From Trueperaceae bacterium (GTDB taxonomy: Bacteria; Deinococcota; Deinococci; Deinococcales; Trueperaceae): a stretch of DNA of 64,000 bases. The position numbers and the translations under genes are program-made. The notes below the pieces were generated by a model. It had not been told where the DNA came from, did no database searches, and saw only the letters and a program-made list of their open reading frames with translations. Below are positions 53,534 through 64,000 of this stretch, piece after piece (position 1 is the stretch's first letter; each line of letters begins with the position of its first letter). The stretch spans positions 256,001 to 320,000 of the forward strand of contig JAXHNB010000005.1 of the NCBI GenBank assembly GCA_034520945.1, written 5' to 3'.

Positions 53534-55594
53534 TCAGCGCCCGCCACCACCGCCACCCCCTCCGCCGCCGCCCCCGCCACTGGAGGAGCCGCCCGAGGAG
53601 GCGGAGGCCGAGGCGCTGGACAGGGCGCTGGACACCGAACGGGCGGCTTGCGACACGCTGGCCAGGTTGGTGGCGGCCGATGCGCCCGTGCCCATCCATG
53701 CGGCCTGGCGCGCCATCTGCCGGTCGTCCAAGCCGCGTTCGGGCGCGGCCCGCTCCAGCGTCTTCAGGTAGCGCTCGCTCACGCCGAGCGCGGCGGCGTA
53801 CGAGAAGTAGCGGTCCCACAGGCCGAAGAAGTCGTTGGGGGCGTCCTTCATGATGGTGTAGTCGCTCAGGGTGCGCCTGAACCCCTTCCAGCCGGCTACC
53901 TCCGTGGCGATCTCGGGCCGCCAGGACGGCAGCGCCTGTCCGGCCGCGATCACCGCGACGATCGACGCGCCCGCGAGTCCGAAGCTGATGGGCGCCGCCT
54001 GCCCATCGGCCACCAGGAAGGCCCAGCCAAATGCGACCGCGCCCACGGCGAGCCCCTTGAGCCCCCACGCATTCGCCGCCTCGCGACTCTCCTTGGTGGT
54101 GAGCGGGCCGCCGCGGGTCTCCTCGACGCGCTTGCGCACCTTGCCCGCCCAGCGCTTGACGAACTTCTTGCGTCGCTTGGCGTACGACTTCAACTCGCCC
54201 AGCGTCATCTCCAGGTCCTCGCCGCGCCGGTGTTGGGTGGCGGCCTTGCGGATGTGCGTTAGCGCCTCCTCCTCGTAAGGCCGAAGCGGCTCGTCCTGCG
54301 CGATACGCGCGGCCTCCTCCTCGTTCGGGAGGATCACCTTGAAGTTGCGTCCCTCGCCATCGAAGCGGACGTGGCCCCGCCGCGCCAGCTCCATGAGCAT
54401 GGCCGAGAACGCGTCGCTGGCTTTCTGCCCCTGCCAGCGCTGGTGGAGGAACACCGCGACCTCGGGCGGGTTCAGGTCGGAGGGCGGTTCGAAGGGGTAC
54501 TTCATGCCGTCGGTCTTCGGCTCGCGGCCGACCCGCCGGTAGGCGCGCCACACGCCCTGGGCCAACCACGCCAGCGCCAACAGCGGCGGCAGGGCGGCGA
54601 GGGGGTGTCGTCGGGCGCGGTCGAGGGCGCTGCGTCGCACGTAGGTGCGCTCGGCGCTGCCGATGGTGTCGTTGTCGGCGTAGGCCAGGACCGTGACCCG
54701 CGTCTCGCCCATGCCGACCGGGCCGACCTCGCAGCGGAAGTCGGTGGTTCCCTCGCAGTCGACCGACGTGCCCCCGGCCGGCGTGGCGGTGACGCGCGTG
54801 ATGGTCGCGTTCCCTGGGTTGGCCTCGCCCTGGACCACGACGGTGTCGCCCGACACCTCGGTGGCGTCCTCGAGGTACACCTTGGGCGAGCCGGGCACGT
54901 CGATGTTGGCGATGGCGGCCTCGTCCTGGAGGTAGGCCTCGAGCATGCGGCCCTGGCCGCTCACCTCGAACAGGTCGGGGGGCATCAGGTAGCGGATCTC
55001 GACCCCTTCGCCGGCGGGGATCCGCTCGAAGCCCACCTCCAGCCGGTCGCGATCATTGGACAAATTCACGGTCGGTTCTTCGGGGTTGTCGAAGCGGTGC
55101 ACGAACGCGTCGAAGGGCGCCTCGGCGGGACCGGGGGTGGTGACGGTGAGCTGGTAGCCGCGCAAGGGGGGGTTTTCGGTGCCGTAGATCTGCCAGTACC
55201 ACTGCACCACGTCGTCGTGCACCTGCAGCGCGCCGTCGAGCCGGTACTGGAAGCGCACGCGGCGTTCGCTGACGCGTTCGTCCTGTTCGATCACCATTTC
55301 GGTGCCGGCGGCGCCGGACTCGCACGCCTGGGTGTAGGCGCGCGCGCCCGGGCCGTCACTCACGGCGCCGCTGCCGTCCAGCAGCGTGAGATCGATGTCG
55401 GGGGCGTGCTGGACGCAGAGGAACGCTTCGCCGAAGTCCTCGTCGGTCCAGAGCGTGCGCACGTCGTCGACGACGACGCTGCCGTCGCTACGGATGTCCA
55501 CGGTCTGCTCCACGTCGCGCCACTCGAAGCGTGCCTGGGCGAGGGTGGCGAGAACGGCGACGGCGAGGACGAGCAGGAAGCGGGCGTACGGCAT
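53534..55594 (-). CDS. DUF2207 family membrane protein
   Basis: Signal peptide, beta-rich N-domain, YRRVGREP, WKGFRRTL, WDRYFSYAAALGV, Ser/Gly tail SSGGGGGGGGGGGGGR. Confidence 0.85.
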   Translation of the reverse strand: MPYARFLLVLAVAVLATLAQARFEWRDVEQTVDIRSDGSVVVDDVRTLWTDEDFGEAFLCVQHAPDIDLTLLDGSGAVSDGPGARAYTQACESGAAGTEMVIEQDERVSERRVRFQYRLDGALQVHDDVVQWYWQIYGTENPPLRGYQLTVTTPGPAEAPFDAFVHRFDNPEEPTVNLSNDRDRLEVGFERIPAGEGVEIRYLMPPDLFEVSGQGRMLEAYLQDEAAIANIDVPGSPKVYLEDATEVSGDTVVVQGEANPGNATITRVTATPAGGTSVDCEGTTDFRCEVGPVGMGETRVTVLAYADNDTIGSAERTYVRRSALDRARRHPLAALPPLLALAWLAQGVWRAYRRVGREPKTDGMKYPFEPPSDLNPPEVAVFLHQRWQGQKASDAFSAMLMELARRGHVRFDGEGRNFKVILPNEEEAARIAQDEPLRPYEEEALTHIRKAATQHRRGEDLEMTLGELKSYAKRRKKFVKRWAGKVRKRVEETRGGPLTTKESREAANAWGLKGLAVGAVAFGWAFLVADGQAAPISFGLAGASIVAVIAAGQALPSWRPEIATEVAGWKGFRRTLSDYTIMKDAPNDFFGLWDRYFSYAAALGVSERYLKTLERAAPERGLDDRQMARQAAWMGTGASAATNLASVSQAARSVSSALSSASASASSGGSSSGGGGGGGGGGGGGR

Positions 55595-55643
55595 GGATCG
55601 ACCTCCTTGCGGGGGATGCGGTGAAGCAGCGACGTGGGCGAGC

Positions 55644-56828
55644 TCAGGGTGCCGGGAAGGCCTCTCCGGTGACCGCGCCGCCCGAGCCGAGCGCGCCGAT
55701 CGATTCCCCGTCGACGATGACCTCGAGGCCGCCGGCGTTGCCGACGTGCAGGTATACGGGGCGCGAGAACTCGAAGCGCTCTCCGGGTTGGGCGGTGGTG
55801 TAGGCGAGGCGTTCCCCTTCGCCGCGGGACGTGCTCTGGTACGCCTCGAGCCAGCTTGCCTCGTTGACGATCACCACGACACCGCTCGGGTCGCCGGCCG
55901 CGATGGCGCCCTCACTGCCGCCTTCTGCCTCGGACTCGGGCGTAAGCGTGACGGACAGGCTGCGATCGGTGGAGAGATCGACGGCGTCCTCGAACGGTTG
56001 GTAGCCCTCGCGGGTCACGCGGACGGTGCGGGCCTCCCGTGCCGTGACGGGGACGTCCTCGATCGGCGTCGTCCCCGGAAGCGGGAAGGCGTCCACGGTT
56101 ACTTCGGCGCCCGGTGGGTCGCTGGTGACGGAGAACAGCACCTCGTCGGGAAGGGCGTCGCCGCCCGGCAGGGCCGGCGCCGCCGGCCCGTCCTCCGCGG
56201 ACGCGTCAGGGACTCCGTTCCCGTCGGCCCCCTGCGGCTCCTGTCCCTCCTCGGCGGTCGGGGTCGACACCGGGCCGGACGGCTGGAACAACAACTCGTT
56301 GAACCCCCACACGGCCAGCCCGACCAGCGCGCCGGCCAGGACCAGCGTCATCAGGAGCGGCCCGACCTGCCGCACCATGGCACGGGCCCGGCCCGTGTCG
56401 CGACGAGGCGCCGCCGAGCGGCGCGCCCTTCGCGGTGCCGCGTCCTGAGGGGGGGTGGACCCCACCTCGCCCGTGTTGTTGGCGGGCGCCTCGCCGCTGG
56501 GCGAGGGCCGTGCGGTTTGCGCGTCGGCCTGCGCGTGCGCTTGCCCGCTCGCGGGGGGCCCGTGCTGGGCCGCTTTGGCGGCGTCGTAGCGTGTCAGGGC
56601 ATCCTGCACGTCGATGCCGACAGCGCGTGCGTACAGCCGCAGGAAGTTGCGTGCGTACACGTCTTCGGGCAGGGCGGCGAAGTCCTCGTTCTCGAGCGCT
56701 TCGAGATAGCTGGCGCGCACGTGCGTACGCGTCGACACCTCGTCGAGCTCGAGGCCGGCACGCGTGCGCGCGTCGCGAAGCAGAGAGCTCAGGCCGTGGC
56801 CCGTGGGCGTGGCGTCGTCAGGACTCAT
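55644..56828 (-). CDS. rodZ: RodZ-like protein (HTH, TM, PEGA-like domain, DUF4115)
   Basis: LRDARTRAGL..EVSTRTHVRASYLEALE...LPEDVYARNFLRLYA, TM helix, VTSDPPGAEV, VGNAGG. Confidence 0.8.
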   Translation of the reverse strand: MSPDDATPTGHGLSSLLRDARTRAGLELDEVSTRTHVRASYLEALENEDFAALPEDVYARNFLRLYARAVGIDVQDALTRYDAAKAAQHGPPASGQAHAQADAQTARPSPSGEAPANNTGEVGSTPPQDAAPRRARRSAAPRRDTGRARAMVRQVGPLLMTLVLAGALVGLAVWGFNELLFQPSGPVSTPTAEEGQEPQGADGNGVPDASAEDGPAAPALPGGDALPDEVLFSVTSDPPGAEVTVDAFPLPGTTPIEDVPVTAREARTVRVTREGYQPFEDAVDLSTDRSLSVTLTPESEAEGGSEGAIAAGDPSGVVVIVNEASWLEAYQSTSRGEGERLAYTTAQPGERFEFSRPVYLHVGNAGGLEVIVDGESIGALGSGGAVTGEAFPAP

Positions 56829-57739
56829 ACGGAAACTCCGATTCCGCCCGGGGCGAGTGCGTGGGCGATCGCTGCGGCGAGCGAGGCGTTTTCTTCGAGC
56901 AACCGAACGTTGACGCGGACGGTTTCGCCGCCCGACAGCTCGGCCAGGGCGGACAACAAATAGGGCGTCGCGTCCTTGCCGCGCACGCCCGCGGCCGCGG
57001 CGTTCTCGTGCGCCGTGGCGAGCCAGGCGCGCATGCGTTCGGGCGCGATGCCCTCCGACACCGGGTTGCTGATCAGAACGCCGGCCGGGAGTCGGAGCGC
57101 TCGTTGGGTGCGAATGATCGCCGCGAGTGCGTCCGGTTCGTCGGCGCGGGCGGCGAGGGGCAGATCGGTCGTGCGGACGTGGAAGCCGGCCAGGTGATCG
57201 GATCGGTAGCCGATGGTGGGCACGCCGTGACTCTCGAGGCGTTCCAGCGTGGCGCTCGCGTCCAGGATGCTCTTGGGGCCCGAGCATACCACGGCGAGAG
57301 GGGTGCGTGACAGCGCCAGCAGGTCGGCCGATTCGTCGAACGGAGCCTCGTGCACGCCCCCGATCCCGCCGGTCGCCAACACGGACGCGCCGGCGAGGGC
57401 GGCGGCGTGCAGGGTGGTCGCCACCGTGGTGCCGGCGTCGCCCCCGCGCGCGCAGATGGCGGCGAGGTTCCAGGGCGACGCCTTGTCGGCGTCGCCGCTG
57501 GCCAGGCGTTCCAGCTCGTCCGCGTCGAGGCCGACGACCAGGGTGCCTGCCACCACGCCGATCGTGGCCGGGACGGCGCCGGCGTCCTGCACCGCCGCTT
57601 CGAGGCGGTGGGCGAGTGCGAGGTTCTCCGGTCTGGGAAGCCCGTGCGTGACGACGGTCGACTCGAGCGCGACGAGAGCGCCACCCGCGTCGCGCGCCTC
57701 GAGAACGTGCGGGGCGATGCGCAACTCCACGGGCGCCAT
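56825..57739 (-). CDS. psuG: Pseudouridine-5'-phosphate glycosidase
   Basis: VALESTVVTHGLP, GTTVA.T, ATGGIGGVH, SADL, CSGPKSILD, GKDATPYLL. True start may be GTG 57730. Confidence 0.88.
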   Translation of the reverse strand: MAPVELRIAPHVLEARDAGGALVALESTVVTHGLPRPENLALAHRLEAAVQDAGAVPATIGVVAGTLVVGLDADELERLASGDADKASPWNLAAICARGGDAGTTVATTLHAAALAGASVLATGGIGGVHEAPFDESADLLALSRTPLAVVCSGPKSILDASATLERLESHGVPTIGYRSDHLAGFHVRTTDLPLAARADEPDALAAIIRTQRALRLPAGVLISNPVSEGIAPERMRAWLATAHENAAAAGVRGKDATPYLLSALAELSGGETVRVNVRLLEENASLAAAIAHALAPGGIGVSV

Positions 57740-57807
57740 GATAGCGCACCCGCATGAGGAGTCCGCGGCGCGCCGGCGAAGTGCGCACCGTGCTAAGGTC
57801 GCTCGTC

Positions 57808-58137
57808 GTGGACGTGCCCGACCTCTCCTCGGTCCTTCCCGCCCTGGAGCAGCTCGGCTTCGGGGCGGTGGCCGGGTTCGTCGCCGGGTACGCGCTCAAG
57901 AAGGTGGGCAAGCTCGCCGCCGTGGTGGTCGGCCTGTTCTTCGTCGGCGTGCAGCTCTTGGCGTGGGCCGGCTACCTCACCATCGAGTGGGGCCGGGTGC
58001 GCGCCGAGGTCGAGCCGTTGCTGGCGCCGTCGTCGCTGAACGAGGCCTGGCACGCCCTGGTGTCCGTTCTGACGTACAACGTGCCGTTCGCGGCGGCGTT
58101 CGTGCCGGGCTTCCTGCTGGGGATGCGCCGCGGCTGA
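57808..58137 (+). CDS. FUN14 family membrane protein
   Basis: LGFGAVAGFVAGYALKKVGK, QLLAWAGYLTIEW, AAAFVPGFLLG. Confidence 0.82.
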   Translation: MDVPDLSSVLPALEQLGFGAVAGFVAGYALKKVGKLAAVVVGLFFVGVQLLAWAGYLTIEWGRVRAEVEPLLAPSSLNEAWHALVSVLTYNVPFAAAFVPGFLLGMRRG

Positions 58138-58173
58138 GGCCCGCACGCCGGCCGGCGAGCGGGGCTGATAAGA

Positions 58174-58194
58174 TCTGAGCACGCATCACTCAAG
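58174..58194 (+). promoter_or_regulatory. HAIR-like operator (HspR)
   Basis: TCTGAGC-N7-ACTCAAG against consensus CTTGAGT-N7-ACTCAAG, just upstream of the -35 box. Confidence 0.6.
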
Positions 58195-58198
58195 GGAC

Positions 58199-58228
58199 TT
58201 GACAGGTCGTGCTCGGTTCGCATAGGAT
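58199..58228 (+). promoter_or_regulatory. groESL promoter
   Basis: TTGACA (58199-58204), 18 nt, TAGGAT (58223-58228). Confidence 0.65.
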
Positions 58229-58236
58229 AGCCCAAG

Positions 58237-58263
58237 TTGGCACTCACGCAGGAAGAGTGCCAA
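58237..58263 (+). promoter_or_regulatory. CIRCE element (HrcA operator)
   Basis: TTGGCACTC-N9-GAGTGCCAA. Confidence 0.92.
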
Positions 58264-58313
58264 TCCTGCGTGGGCCCGCCCACGAACCCCACACCCATCT
58301 GTATGGAGGAGTC

Positions 58314-58601
58314 ATGACGCTGAAACCGCTCGGGGACAAGATCGTCGTCGAAGTGATCGAGGAGCCACAGACCACTGCGAGTGGGATCGTGCTGCCCGAC
58401 ACGGCACAAGAGAAGAGCCAGCGCGGCAAGGTGCTCGCCGTCGGCAGCGGCAAGCTGCTCGACAACGGTGAGCGCGCGCCGCTCGAGGTCAAGGAGGGCG
58501 ACACGGTCGTCTTCGCGAAGTACGGCGGGACCGAGATCAACCTCGACGGTCAGGAGTTGATGATCCTGAGCGAGCGGGACGTGCACGCCGTCGTCGCCTG
58601 A
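58314..58601 (+). CDS. groES: Co-chaperonin GroES
   Basis: [43 protein letters not shown]. Confidence 0.97.
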   Translation: MTLKPLGDKIVVEVIEEPQTTASGIVLPDTAQEKSQRGKVLAVGSGKLLDNGERAPLEVKEGDTVVFAKYGGTEINLDGQELMILSERDVHAVVA

Positions 58602-58670
58602 TCCCGAACGCTTCGGAACCCCCCGAGATCTCCCGAGACACGCTCTAGAAGCATCGAAAGAGGAACTGCC

Positions 58671-60341
<1,671 letters not shown>

Positions 60342-60384
60342 TCCAGCCCCCCACGCGGCCCACGGGCCGCCCGCCTGCACGTCA

Positions 60385-60422
60385 CATCGCGCCCCGGACC
60401 TCAGCTGGTCCGGGGCGCGATG
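60385..60422. terminator. Hairpin between the convergent groEL and gpmI genes
   Basis: CATCGCGCCCCGGACC-N6-GGTCCGGGGCGCGATG, 16-bp stem. Confidence 0.65.
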
Positions 60423-60465
60423 CTGGGCCGGCGTAGCCGCCACCGCACGCCCGCGTGCGCACGCT

Positions 60466-62037
60466 TCAGCGCAGCAGGGAGCGTCCCGTCATCTCCTCGG
60501 GGCAGGCTACGCCCAGCAGCCCCAGGATCGTGGGCGCCACGTCGCCCAGGACGCCGTCCTCGCGCAGCGCGACGTCGCCTGCGCCGACCAGCACGCACGG
60601 CACGGGATTGGTCGTGTGCGCGGTGTGCGGGCTGCCGTCCTCGTGTTTCATGCACTCGGCGTTGCCGTGGTCGGCGATGACGATGGCCGCGCCGCCCTTG
60701 GCCAGCACCGCGTCCAGGACCTCGCCCAGCCCGGCGTCGCTGGCTTCGCAGGCCGCCATGGCCGCCTCGAGGCTGCCCGTGTGGCCCACCATGTCGGGGT
60801 TGGCGTAGTTGATCAACACGAAATCGTCGTCGCGCTCGCGCAGGCGCCGCACGGTGGCGTCGGTCAGCTCGGGGGCGCTCATCTCCGGTTGCAGGTCGTA
60901 GGTGGCGACCTTCGGCGACGGGACGATCTCACGATCCTCGCCCGGAAACGGCTCCTCGACCTTGGCATTGAAGAAGTAGGTCACGTGCGGGTACTTCTCG
61001 GTTTCGGCCGTGTGGTACTGGCGCAGGCCCGCCTCGGACAACACCTCGGCCATGCACCGGTACACGGGGGGGAGCGCCAGCGCGTAGGGAACGTCCAGCG
61101 CCTCGTCGTACTGCATCAGCGTGGCGAACGCGATCTCCGGGACGCGGCAACGGGCGAAGGCGTCGAACGCCGGGCCGCCGGCGAGGGCGTGCGACAGTTG
61201 CCGCGCTCGATCGGCGCGGAAGTTGAAGAACAACGCCGCGTCGCCGTCCTGGATCGGTCCCAGCGGCGACCCGTTCTCCTCGATCACGGTCGGCGCCACG
61301 AACTCGTCGGTCTCGCCCCGCGCGTACGCGGCGGCGATCGCCGCGTCGGCACTGCCGGCGTGGTGTTCCGCGTCGCCGCACACCACCGCTTGGTACGCCC
61401 GCTCGGTCCGGTCCCAACGCCGGTCGCGGTCCATGGCGTGATAGCGGCCGGTCACGCTGGCGACGCGGGCGTCCAACTCGAGCGTCTCCATGTACGCGAC
61501 CAGTTCCTCCAGGAAGCCGCGCCCGGCGTCGGGCGCGGTGTCCCGGCCGTCCGTGAAGGCGTGGACGCGCACGCGCGCCACACCGTGCCGCTGCGCCAAC
61601 CCCAGCAAGCCGAACAGGTGCTTCAGGTCGCTGTGCACCCCGCCCCGGCTCACCAGGCCCATCAGGTGAAGCGTTCCCTCGCTGGCCTGGGCGCACACCT
61701 TGGTGAGCACCTCGTTCCGGTCCAGCGAACCGTCGTCGATGCGGTCCTGCACGAAGCTCAAACTCTGCTGCACCACGCGGCCGGAGCCCAGGTTCAGGTG
61801 GCCGACCTCGCTGTTCCCCATCTGCCCCTCGGGCAGACCGACGGCGCGTCCCGACGCCTGCAGCGACGTGTGCGGCGCATCGCGCCAGATGCGGTCGAAC
61901 ACGGGCGTGTCCGCCCGCGTCACGGCGTTGCCGGGCCCGCCTGGGGCCAGGCCGAACCCGTCCAGGATCACCAGCGCGACGGGGCGACGCGACGGCGTGG
62001 ACGACGTTGCGGATGAAGGTGTGGACGGGTGGGACAT
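60466..62037 (-). CDS. gpmI: 2,3-bisphosphoglycerate-independent phosphoglycerate mutase
   Basis: ILDGFG, GQMGNSEVGH, AMDRD, NFRADR, ETEKYPHVT, PDMVGHTG, ADHGN. Confidence 0.96.
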   Translation of the reverse strand: MSHPSTPSSATSSTPSRRPVALVILDGFGLAPGGPGNAVTRADTPVFDRIWRDAPHTSLQASGRAVGLPEGQMGNSEVGHLNLGSGRVVQQSLSFVQDRIDDGSLDRNEVLTKVCAQASEGTLHLMGLVSRGGVHSDLKHLFGLLGLAQRHGVARVRVHAFTDGRDTAPDAGRGFLEELVAYMETLELDARVASVTGRYHAMDRDRRWDRTERAYQAVVCGDAEHHAGSADAAIAAAYARGETDEFVAPTVIEENGSPLGPIQDGDAALFFNFRADRARQLSHALAGGPAFDAFARCRVPEIAFATLMQYDEALDVPYALALPPVYRCMAEVLSEAGLRQYHTAETEKYPHVTYFFNAKVEEPFPGEDREIVPSPKVATYDLQPEMSAPELTDATVRRLRERDDDFVLINYANPDMVGHTGSLEAAMAACEASDAGLGEVLDAVLAKGGAAIVIADHGNAECMKHEDGSPHTAHTTNPVPCVLVGAGDVALREDGVLGDVAPTILGLLGVACPEEMTGRSLLR

Positions 62038-62067
62038 GGGGACATCCTCCAGTTCGGGCCGCGGGCC

Positions 62068-62904
62068 TCAGGCCCAGCGGCGCAGGGCACGCGCGACGCG
62101 CGGGTCGAGCCCGCCTACGTCGTCCAGGTTCACGTCGAAGGGGTCGCAGCCGCGCGCCAGCGCGACGCGGTTGCGGGCGGCGGCCGCCAACTGCGGCGCC
62201 AACCGCGGCGAGGCCAGCACCTCCGGCAGGAGCTCCAGCATGCGGGCGTCCAGCCGTTCCACCGCCAGATCGCGGGCGACCGCCCGCTCGTCGTCCCCGA
62301 ACGCGCCCATGGCGAGGGTCGGATCGAGCGCCAGTCCCTCGGCCGCGCGCACCACGCGGGGGGCGGCTCGGTGGCGGCGGCAGGCGTCGCACGGTTGTGT
62401 ACCGGGGGACAGCGCCCCGCAGTGCGGGCACGGGGTCCAACCATCCGCGCGGGCGCGAACGCGGTGGCGGAGCATGGCGTGCGCCGCCGCCAGGGTGGGG
62501 CCCGCCACTCCGTCGGGCAGGTCCAGCCGGCCGAGCTCGCGCTCGAGGGCGGACGATTCCGCCTCGTCCACGGCCGGCGGGGCAGGGGGCGCCGGCGGCG
62601 CCTCCGCAGCGCTGGGTCGGCCGGCGCGAAAGCGGATGTCACGGACGTCGCGTTGCCCGAAGCGTTCCCGGTACGCCTCCAGGAACTGCTCGCGCTGCAG
62701 CGACAGGTGCATGGCGGTCTCGCTGTCCGGCACGTCGACGAACAGCACGCCGCCCTCGAGGGCGCGCGCGGTGGTGAAACGGGCCATCTTCGCGCCCACG
62801 ATCCGTGGCCAAGCCAAGACCGCTTCGGCGCGCCGAACCGCACGGCGCATGCCGCCCCGCCGGAACACCTCACTGATCAGGTCCCGGACGTGCTTCTCAG
62901 GCAC
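62068..62904 (-). CDS. DUF721/DciA family protein with C-terminal Zn-ribbon
   Basis: WPRIVG..MARFT.A.....GVLFV, DIRFR, CPHC...CDAC. Directly downstream of recF. Confidence 0.78.
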   Translation of the reverse strand: MPEKHVRDLISEVFRRGGMRRAVRRAEAVLAWPRIVGAKMARFTTARALEGGVLFVDVPDSETAMHLSLQREQFLEAYRERFGQRDVRDIRFRAGRPSAAEAPPAPPAPPAVDEAESSALERELGRLDLPDGVAGPTLAAAHAMLRHRVRARADGWTPCPHCGALSPGTQPCDACRRHRAAPRVVRAAEGLALDPTLAMGAFGDDERAVARDLAVERLDARMLELLPEVLASPRLAPQLAAAARNRVALARGCDPFDVNLDDVGGLDPRVARALRRWA

Positions 62905-63946
62905 GGGGCGACACCTCGCCGTCCGCCACCCGCAGCATCGATGCGGCGTGCGGCGGGGCCTCCGTGCCGGACACCAGCGCCTGGGGACTTCGCTCGGTGA
63001 GGGCCAACAGGTAGCGGCGCCGGTCCGGGTCCAGTTCGGCGGAGAAGTCGTCCAACAGCAGGATGGGCGCCTCGCCGTGCTTGTCCTCCAGCAGCCGGTA
63101 TTCACTCACCCGCAACGCCAACGCCACCGTGCGCGCCTCCCCCCGAGAGCCGAAGGTGTGCACGCTCCGCTGGTCCAGCGCCAGCACCAGGTCGTCGCGG
63201 TGCGGCCCCACTACCGTTACGCCGCGCGCCCGTTCCTCGGCGGCCGCCTCGCGCAGCGCCTGCCGTAGCGGCAGCTCCCCTTGGGCGCGCACCAAGCAGA
63301 GCCCCAACGTCTTGTCACCGCCCGCGATTTCGGCGTAGGCCGCCCGGGCCAAGTCGTGGGCACGCTGAATCATTCGTTGCCGCAGCCGGCCGATCTCGTC
63401 GCCCACCTCGGCCAAACGATCGCTGAAGGCGTCCAGCATGGCGGGGTCGCCGCCGCCTCGCAGCACGGCGTTGCGCTGTTCGAGCAGCTTGGCGTACTCG
63501 CGCGACAGCGCCGCGTGCCGTGGGGAGATCCTGTCCAGAAGGTCGTCCATCCAGGCGCGCCGACCCGAGGGGCCGCCGTGCACCAGGTCGGCGTCCTCGG
63601 GCGTGATGCGTACCGCCGCCGCGACGCGGGACAGGTCCACGCGCCGCACCGCCTGCCCGTCCAGGCGCAGCAGCTTGCGGCCCGCCGCCAGCCCGACGTG
63701 CACCTGCGACGTCCCGTCCGTGTGCGCGACCTCGGCGGCCACGAATCCCTCCTCCAACCCCCAGCGGAGCGCGTCGCCGATGCGGCCACGCGGCAGGTCG
63801 CCGCTGGATGCGAGGTAGCAGGCGTCCAGCAGGTTGGACTTGCCGGCCGCGTTGGGCCCCACCACGGCGGTCACCCCGGGCTCGAAGGCGAGCTCCGGGG
63901 TGGACAGGTTGCGAAACCCGTACTGGCGGAGGCTCCGCAGGATCAC
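62897..63946 (-). CDS. recF: DNA replication/repair protein RecF
   Basis: GFRNL, GPNAAGKSNLL, GGPSGRR, GPHRDDL, GSRGE, ILLLDDFSAELD. Confidence 0.95.
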   Translation of the reverse strand: MILRSLRQYGFRNLSTPELAFEPGVTAVVGPNAAGKSNLLDACYLASSGDLPRGRIGDALRWGLEEGFVAAEVAHTDGTSQVHVGLAAGRKLLRLDGQAVRRVDLSRVAAAVRITPEDADLVHGGPSGRRAWMDDLLDRISPRHAALSREYAKLLEQRNAVLRGGGDPAMLDAFSDRLAEVGDEIGRLRQRMIQRAHDLARAAYAEIAGGDKTLGLCLVRAQGELPLRQALREAAAEERARGVTVVGPHRDDLVLALDQRSVHTFGSRGEARTVALALRVSEYRLLEDKHGEAPILLLDDFSAELDPDRRRYLLALTERSPQALVSGTEAPPHAASMLRVADGEVSPRA

Positions 63947-64000
63947 CCGATCAGCATACCGCCCGGCCCCGGCCCGCCGGGTGCCCGCGTCGACCCCCGG

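Noticed and set aside
53545..53620. G/C-rich low-complexity tract
   Set aside because: Encodes the usual Ser/Gly tail of DUF2207 proteins.

Overview
High-GC bacterial chromosome segment, mostly core genome. It is most likely from phylum Deinococcota, possibly a Truepera-like lineage. This is an inference from the large N-terminal insertion in RpoC, the Thermus/Deinococcus-style L28, L31 and L33, the recF-DUF721 pair and widespread leaderless-type promoters. The window holds a tRNA(Thr-Tyr-Gly-Thr)-tuf-rpmG-secE-nusG-rplKAJL-rpoBC block, groES-groEL with CIRCE and a HAIR-like operator, and znuACB next to a Fur-family regulator. It also has a cobalamin riboswitch with btuFCD, aroA-cmk-nadK, tatA-tatC-aroAG, a DUF1998 helicase, carD, psuG-rodZ, gpmI and recF. 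No mobile element, prophage or CRISPR array is visible. The most unusual observations are: (1) two sharply bounded, gene-sized G/T-skew islands on the + strand (tuf and sqdB), in opposite coding orientations; (2) a cyanobacterial-type sulfolipid pair sqdB-sqdX with a single-base frameshift in a C6 tract; (3) a GH1 beta-glucosidase pseudogene cut by two apparently microhomology-mediated deletions; (4) about 18 genes with a -10 hexamer 5-8 nt before the start codon; (5) a candidate Zur operator written into the first codons of znuA. All functional calls come from motif recognition; no database searches were run.
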